Below are positions 57,877 to 64,000 of a DNA stretch of 64,000 nt, piece after piece; positions within the stretch are counted from its first letter, which is position 1; each line of letters opens with the position of its first letter. The stretch lies in the NCBI RefSeq assembly GCF_040938485.1, contig NW_027270958.1, positions 2,046,001 through 2,110,000 of the forward strand, read 5' to 3'. The notes beneath the pieces are model-generated. The model worked only from the letters and a program-made list of their open reading frames with translations. It did no database searches and was not told where the DNA came from. Source of the stretch: Diadema antillarum (Eukaryota). The position numbers and the translations under genes were made by a program.

Positions 57877-60800
57877 TTAATTTCCACGGTGACGGGCTAT
57901 TAATACCGCCAAAACGGTGAGCAGTCCGGATAAAATATCAGCCACAGCGCATAGCGTGAAGGGGAGGTTGTATGAGCCACTGGCGTCGAAAACTGCACCT
58001 AGATTTTCGAAGAAGATGAAACAATGGAATTAAACGAAATAAGGGTTAATATACATGTCCTCCTCTAATGTCATAATGTCATTCCTCATCTCCATGTTAT
58101 CCATGCTTCTCCTTTTAATGACAACATAATGATGATATCATTAGGATTAATTCATTACACATATAGCTGTCATGAATGGGGCAATTGCGATGATTCAATC
58201 ATGTTAACCCACTACGAAAAGTTTTATATTATACTGATACGTCATAGATTTCAGCCTTATAGATTACAGCTTGGTATTTCAGAAGTATAATTCTATGAAA
58301 TTCGGAATTCCATGTCATAACATGTAATTCTGCATGCATTATCCGATTTATAAGATGAAAGCAAAACTCTACAAGGGAATGTCCCCCCCCCCCGAAAAAA
58401 AAAACACGACAGCAACAACAAACCAACAACAAATGGTAAATGATACGAGGCGGTTTTTGTTTGTTTGTTTGTTGTTATGTTTTCTTTACTCACTTGGTTT
58501 TTTAAGGGAGTTATGTGAATTATACGTTCACTGCAAAAAGTCCGGTGTTAAATATGACACACCGAGCTGGTGTTAAATTTCCGGTGCTCATTCATGGTGT
58601 TAGATTAACACCTCCGGTGTCATTTCAAAATTTAAAATTGTTTTTTTAATAGTTTCTTACTTACTGCACTTCTTGTTAATTTTGAACTTCAACAAGACGA
58701 TAAAGAATTTTCCGATAAAGTACTTGATTTTTGAAAAAAATGTGTAAACACATTTACACCACAGTAACACCAGTTGGGGTGGTCCCCTATTGAAGCTGGA
58801 CGGGTGTTATACCATTGAAATTAACACCATCAATATCAAATCAACACCATGCGGTGTCATTATTGAATTAATTCTAGCGCAGTGTCCAAAATATCACCAG
58901 CCACAGTGTCAAATTAACACCACGAAGTGCCAGCGAACACTTTTTAACACCGTCACAATACATTTTCAACACCTGTGGGTGTGGTCCTCTATTGAAGTTT
59001 GATCGGTGTTAGATTTATCACCCATGGTGTTAAATCTAACACCGATGTTTTTACAGTGTTGTAACGTGATTGCTATTCATACTGCATTATCATATCATGT
59101 TTCATATCACCCCTTTGATGGGTGATGTTCGTTACTTCAAAGGTAATTCTTCATTCGGAAACCCACACATTCTCTATACATGCACGTTCGTAAATCCGAA
59201 AATGATAAAGGGTTCGTTATTACGAACAGTATTTTGTTGCGTTATTTTGAAGGTTCGTTAGTCCGAAAATGAAATGAGGTTTGTTATTTCGAAGGTTCGG
59301 GAAAAAAAAAAAACCTTTTTAGGTTGTTGTTTTTTTTTCATTCTTGGAATAACAAACCTTTGAAATAATGTACCTTCGAAATGACGAAGTGTAACCTTAG
59401 CTAGAATCATGAAAGGTGAATGTAACCTGGATTCCTGTTACCATCTAATCCTTAACAGGGAATACATGTATGTCATATTCACCTGTCATAAATCCGCCGA
59501 GAATTTCCCCTGATCCGGCAGCCAAGTAAAATATGGCTAAAGCCTTTATCTCGTATTCTTCAGACACGAAGCTCTTCGCTAGCACACTGTTCAAGACGGT
59601 GGATGCCCCGATCGTCAAGCCACTTGCTACCGACAGCATGGCTAGTCCTGCGAAAGATTCTACCACAATGTTCAACAAAAAGGCCGAGGCCGAGCACAGG
59701 TGAAGCACACAAAATGTCAAATAATCTGGAAATAATTGTGCGCGGGAAAACGGGCCGATGAACAATCTTCCCAAGATATTTGCACTCCCGCCAAAAGTCG
59801 CAAGCAGCACAGCATGCTGTAGAACAATGCCTTTCGACAGCGCATTGGGGATGACAAAAATAATCCATGAGCTGTACGGAACGAAGCCGAAAATGAAGGT
59901 GATTCCCAACACTATAAACGCTGGAAACTGACGAAATAGATCTAGGTGAATGAATGACTGTATCCATTCCACCAATGTTGCCATGCATCTCGTCTCACTA
60001 GGCCGGTTGTCCTCGAGGATATTTGCGGGATGAGTGAAACTGTCATCGGCACTTCCATTTTGATCCGAATCCTAGTTTGAAATCGAAAAGAAGATACACG
60101 TGTATGAGTTGAAAGTTTAGTGTGCTTTACGACATTCACGAAAAGTTTGGGCTTATATTTTTGATAAGCTGTTTTGCTTACATTATGAAAATTATTGATA
60201 TGTTGTTCTTTGAGAGAACACAGTAGTCACATGCTGTTGTTGTTGACGTCACGCCTCTCTGCCGAACTTCCGGATGTATATCAAATAACCAATTTTGTTT
60301 TTAAATGTATATCAGGAATCGACAGTAGCATTTTTTTCTTCAGCTGGTCCGTTTTGACCTATAAAATCTTTGAATTTGAAATTTTGGTGGACAGAAAAGA
60401 AATGTATTGGCCCGAAATAAGAGGAAACATAACTTTAAAAAAAAAATCTAGATGTTTGATCAGGCCATCAAAAGATAACCTCCCAGAAAATTCGGTGGCT
60501 CGACATCAATTTTGGTAGCCCACCAGGGCTATCGCTTCACCGCTAAATGTTGAACCCATTGATATTCATGTAATGAGTGTAGATACGGTTATAGGTTAGC
60601 AAAACTGCAGCAGATGATTAGGCTAGTAATGTATTAAAGGCTCTCACCTGTGGATTCTCCTCCACAAGTGGCCTAAATAGGGCGCAACAAGGAAGGAGGT
60701 GTAGTTGAAAACCGCCCAGGATGAGCATAGCTCCCCTCCATCCGTAGGTTGAACGGAGCTCCTCGGCTGCTACGGGGAGAGTCATCATGCCAAGACCTCC

Positions 60801-61764
60801 AGCAGTCAACATCACGCTTGTTGCCACATTAAACATGTCGGGGAAATAGAGCAACAGGCTGGCATGTGCCGGAAAAATAACGACCGACATGCCAATTCCT
60901 GAATTGGCATTTTAAGGGATGAGAAATGAACAAAGAAACAATAATCGCCTGCTTGATAATCGAGTTGAAGTTTGTGTCGTGTAGATATAATATACAGTGT
61001 ATCCCAACTATTTTCATCGTAAAAATTCCTACTGACAGCACAAAAGGACACCATTTGCGCAATCTTTTGAGGTTGACACTCTGTGAAAGGGGCAAAATCA
61101 TTTTTTTTTTTTAGATAGTGTATTCGCTTTCATTTTGCATGCTTTCACCTTATAGATAAAGATTAAAGTTAAACGACAATCTTTTTTGCATTTAGACGCT
61201 CTTGCCTGATTGATTTTGAGTTTGATTTTTCTTCATTTCTTTTAGATACCAAAGTATATAACACAAAGTCAATCAAACAAATTGCATTAATACATATCTA
61301 GTGACAAATGTTTCGAAATATGCAAAAATGATTGACTTAAATGAACAGCACCGATTTTCTTGATACATAGTAAATGAAAACTAGCAGGTGTCTGCAGGTG
61401 CTTGTGACGAACACCACGTAGGGCCTTTCGTTGCCTTTATTGGATAAGAGCAAGTCAGACGTATCGGATTCTTAGAAAATCCAGGGGGATTCCATTGATT
61501 TTTTTTTTCTGCTCATGTTCCATTCATGTAATACGTCTTTCAGTTCATTTTTCATTTATGTCATATATTTTTCTGGTCAATTTGCTTTTGTTAGTCATTC
61601 TTTAAGATACATGATTTACTCGCCTGTAAATAGCATGCTCGATAAAAAGTGGACACTATTTGTCGACATCGAGGCTGTCATGTAACCAGCCGTTGAAAGG
61701 GAACTCCCAATCAGGGTCAGCTTCCTTAGCGACATAACGCGAAGAAACATTGGACACAAATAAT
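57877..61764 (-). CDS. MFS transporter, SLC16/monocarboxylate-transporter-like, 5'-partial; exons 61764..61624, 60898..60648, 60071..59483, 57998..57877
   Basis: Motifs LLLYFPDMFNVATSVMLTAGGLG, STYGWRGAMLILGGFQLHLLPCCALFRPL, ANILGRLF and GGFMTG|AVFDASGSYNLPF. Splice phases are consistent if 61623-60899 is a GC-AG intron. The first exon(s) were not identified. Confidence 0.85.
58529..59058. mobile_element. CACTA/EnSpm-type MITE, second copy
   Basis: CACTGCAAAAA...TTTTTACAGTG; TSD TT; colinear with 25376-25908. Confidence 0.85.
59121..59396. mobile_element. Degenerate copy of the TTCGTTATTCCGAAGG MITE
   Basis: Same repeat words and GTAACC right end as 43631-43896. Confidence 0.6.
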
Positions 61765-62815
61765 CTGTAATTATTCAGAAGAGAGAAAGAGTGGATTGCG
61801 CAATTAAATAAACACTGTATTTGATGTCATCTACGAAAAGAGTATAACTCTCTCTCTTTATATCTACTAATATACAAATATTGAATGTTATGAGTGCAAT
61901 GGACAGAATATTTCATGAGGTGAAAAAGATGAAATGATCCATTCAACGAGGTGCAGCCGGGTTGAATGGATCAAAGATTTAATCATTCACCGAATGAAAT
62001 ATTGTGTTCATAGCATGAATGAAAAACATTTATTATTTGTTTTATATAGCGCCTAGAATAGCTCCTTGTCATTTGATGTTTTAATAATTTAGAAGCAAGA
62101 GAGCATGTGATGTCGCTGGGCTCTCGGCGTGCGTGCAATGGAGCAAATCGTATGGATCCGAAATTGCGAGGTAAATGGAGCCACAAATACACGAATGATA
62201 ACGTCGGAGTGAAATGGGACAAATGATCAATATCAAACAACCAATCAAATGACAAGAACCTATTTAGGTGTTCTATAATCACCTTTTTTTTCAGGCTTGA
62301 AAAAATCTGAGCTACATGGTTCTATATACTAACAGATTTCCTGTAATATCTTGTTAATTTGAAACTATTAAACATGTTTTTCTTATGGATTGTTGATTAC
62401 TCAAAGAGGTGAAATATCTGAGCATCTAGTATCTATAAATCTTTTCTAAAACAGTTGGCTAATATGTTGATATCATTACAGATATCTTGGCAATAACTGC
62501 AAAATTTTAAAGAACATTTTATGATCTAGTGCTTCTGCCGTCTACTGGGGAATCCTTTCCCGTCAGGAAATTCACGCTGTGAATCAGTTTATGCATGTTC
62601 TTGTGGATCTGCGTTCATCAATGTTCATCCTTTTTTTCCGAGAAACATGAACAAGAAATCACGTGATGGGATAATTCTGCCCCAAGAAGTCAAGATAAAA
62701 TTTACCTGGCTGTGTATAACTCAAGACTGTCTTCAAAGTGAACTCAAATTGTCCCCCTCCCCATAAACATATTTTGCATCTATTCAACAAAGACACACAT
62801 ACATCCACCATGTGT

Positions 62816-62879
62816 TACTTGTACTTGTACTTGTACTTGTACTTGTACTTGTACTTGTACTTGTACTTGTACTTGTACT
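62816..62879 (+). repeat. (GTACTT)n hexanucleotide microsatellite
   Basis: About 10 perfect copies. Confidence 0.95.
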
Positions 62880-63409
62880 CATTGTAACGAAGTCTTCGGT
62901 CCAGGCAGGTTTTTGTTTGTTTTTTTATATCGAAATTTCGTTATAGCCAAACGAATTAAGTGCATAAAAATGTATGGATGATAATATCTGGGCCTGGATT
63001 TTACTTATTACCGTGTTTGTTTTATCTGGAGTGCACTACATTAGACAGACTGTTTCATGCAGACTCAGCACGTTATCATTTTTCACTTACACTTACATTT
63101 GACGTTGACCGTTAGTTGTTTTATAATAAAGCTCCAATTGACTATGGATAATCCTCATTTAGTGACCTACCCATTATAGTATTAAAATAAACGTGAGATC
63201 ACTGGGCTCAAATACACTATCATATGCTCATAAAGGATTAGAATGTACTAGATGTTAAAAAAACAGACATTTCCCACTTTTGATCCTCAATAGTTCGAAA
63301 ACTATATATCAGATAAAACTGCCATTGATATGAGTAATAGCTGAATAGTGTACAATTTAGTTGGAAGTGATTTGAATACGAAATCATAAATCAGTTTAAT
63401 GACAATGAT

Positions 63410-63580
63410 GATAATGAAAATGATTATGATAAAGATAATGATAAAAATAAAAATAATAGTAGTAATAATAATAATAATAATAATGATAATAATAATAATA
63501 ATCAGGTCTTATTATCCAGGGTAGCCTCTTTAGTCTTGCCACTTCTCTACCAGATGGCCCTGCCATATTATTATTGCCCA
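63410..63580 (-). mobile_element. SINE 3' fragment with (ATT)n tail
   Basis: GGTCTTATT..CCAGGGTAGCCTCTT.AGT...TCTACCAGA.GGCCCTGC matches 5780-5850. Confidence 0.65.
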
Positions 63581-64000
63581 TGCGTATACCAAAATATTGG
63601 TGAGGTATTGTGGTCAAATTTTAACGTTCTTTGCAAAACTTGAACTTTACTCAGGAACCAACATTGGTGTTTATGTGAGTGTGTGCTTACAATGACCCTG
63701 AACAAAGCCACTTGTTCAGAGCTACGCTGACTAGGCTTCTGGTCTCTTGCTCCAATGTTTATTAATAATTCATGATGGATTGCCCTGGACACTGCTGGTT
63801 TGAATTCATAATAATGGGTGAAATGCATGGACATAAAAATAAGTACAAGTTTCCACGTGCTTGCATACACTGCATTTCAGGATGAATAGAGACTATAGCT
63901 AGTGAAAGCGGAAATCCTTTAAAAAAAACTAATAGAGCATTCAAACCCTCGCCATTGTCTAGGACTATTGTGTGGGTGTTAACCACACACTCCCATACAC

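Noticed and set aside
63571-63986. Candidate first exon(s) of the SLC16-like gene
   Set aside because: No recognisable MCT N-terminal motif (PDGGWGW-like) or convincing phase-1 donor; the 5' end is left unassigned.

Overview
Eukaryotic genomic DNA, AT-rich and dense in transposons. The repeat families suggest a marine invertebrate, plausibly an echinoderm (inference only). The window holds a tandem cluster of four intact, co-oriented, 4-exon arylacetamide deacetylase (AADAC/NCEH1-like, HSL-family) esterase genes on the + strand. A convergent SLC16/MCT-like MFS transporter lies on the - strand, with its 5' end not found. Genes 1 and 2 are a recent tandem duplicate pair and carry an internally doubled N-terminal membrane module. 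Introns and intergenic DNA contain nested elements: several PIF/Harbinger MITEs, a 5'-truncated Penelope retroelement with inverted pseudo-LTRs and minimal hammerhead ribozymes, Helentron-type elements with satellite cores, CACTA/piggyBac/Kolobok-type MITEs, tRNA-derived SINEs and CR1/L2-group LINEs. Two structures stand out. One is a 10.0-kb TG...CA foldback element with a 5-bp TSD, built from inverted minisatellite arrays. The other is a possible 9.8-kb LINE whose ORF1 and ORF2 are separated by about 4.8 kb containing an ancient ~500-bp repeat array. All splice sites and alignments were read by eye.
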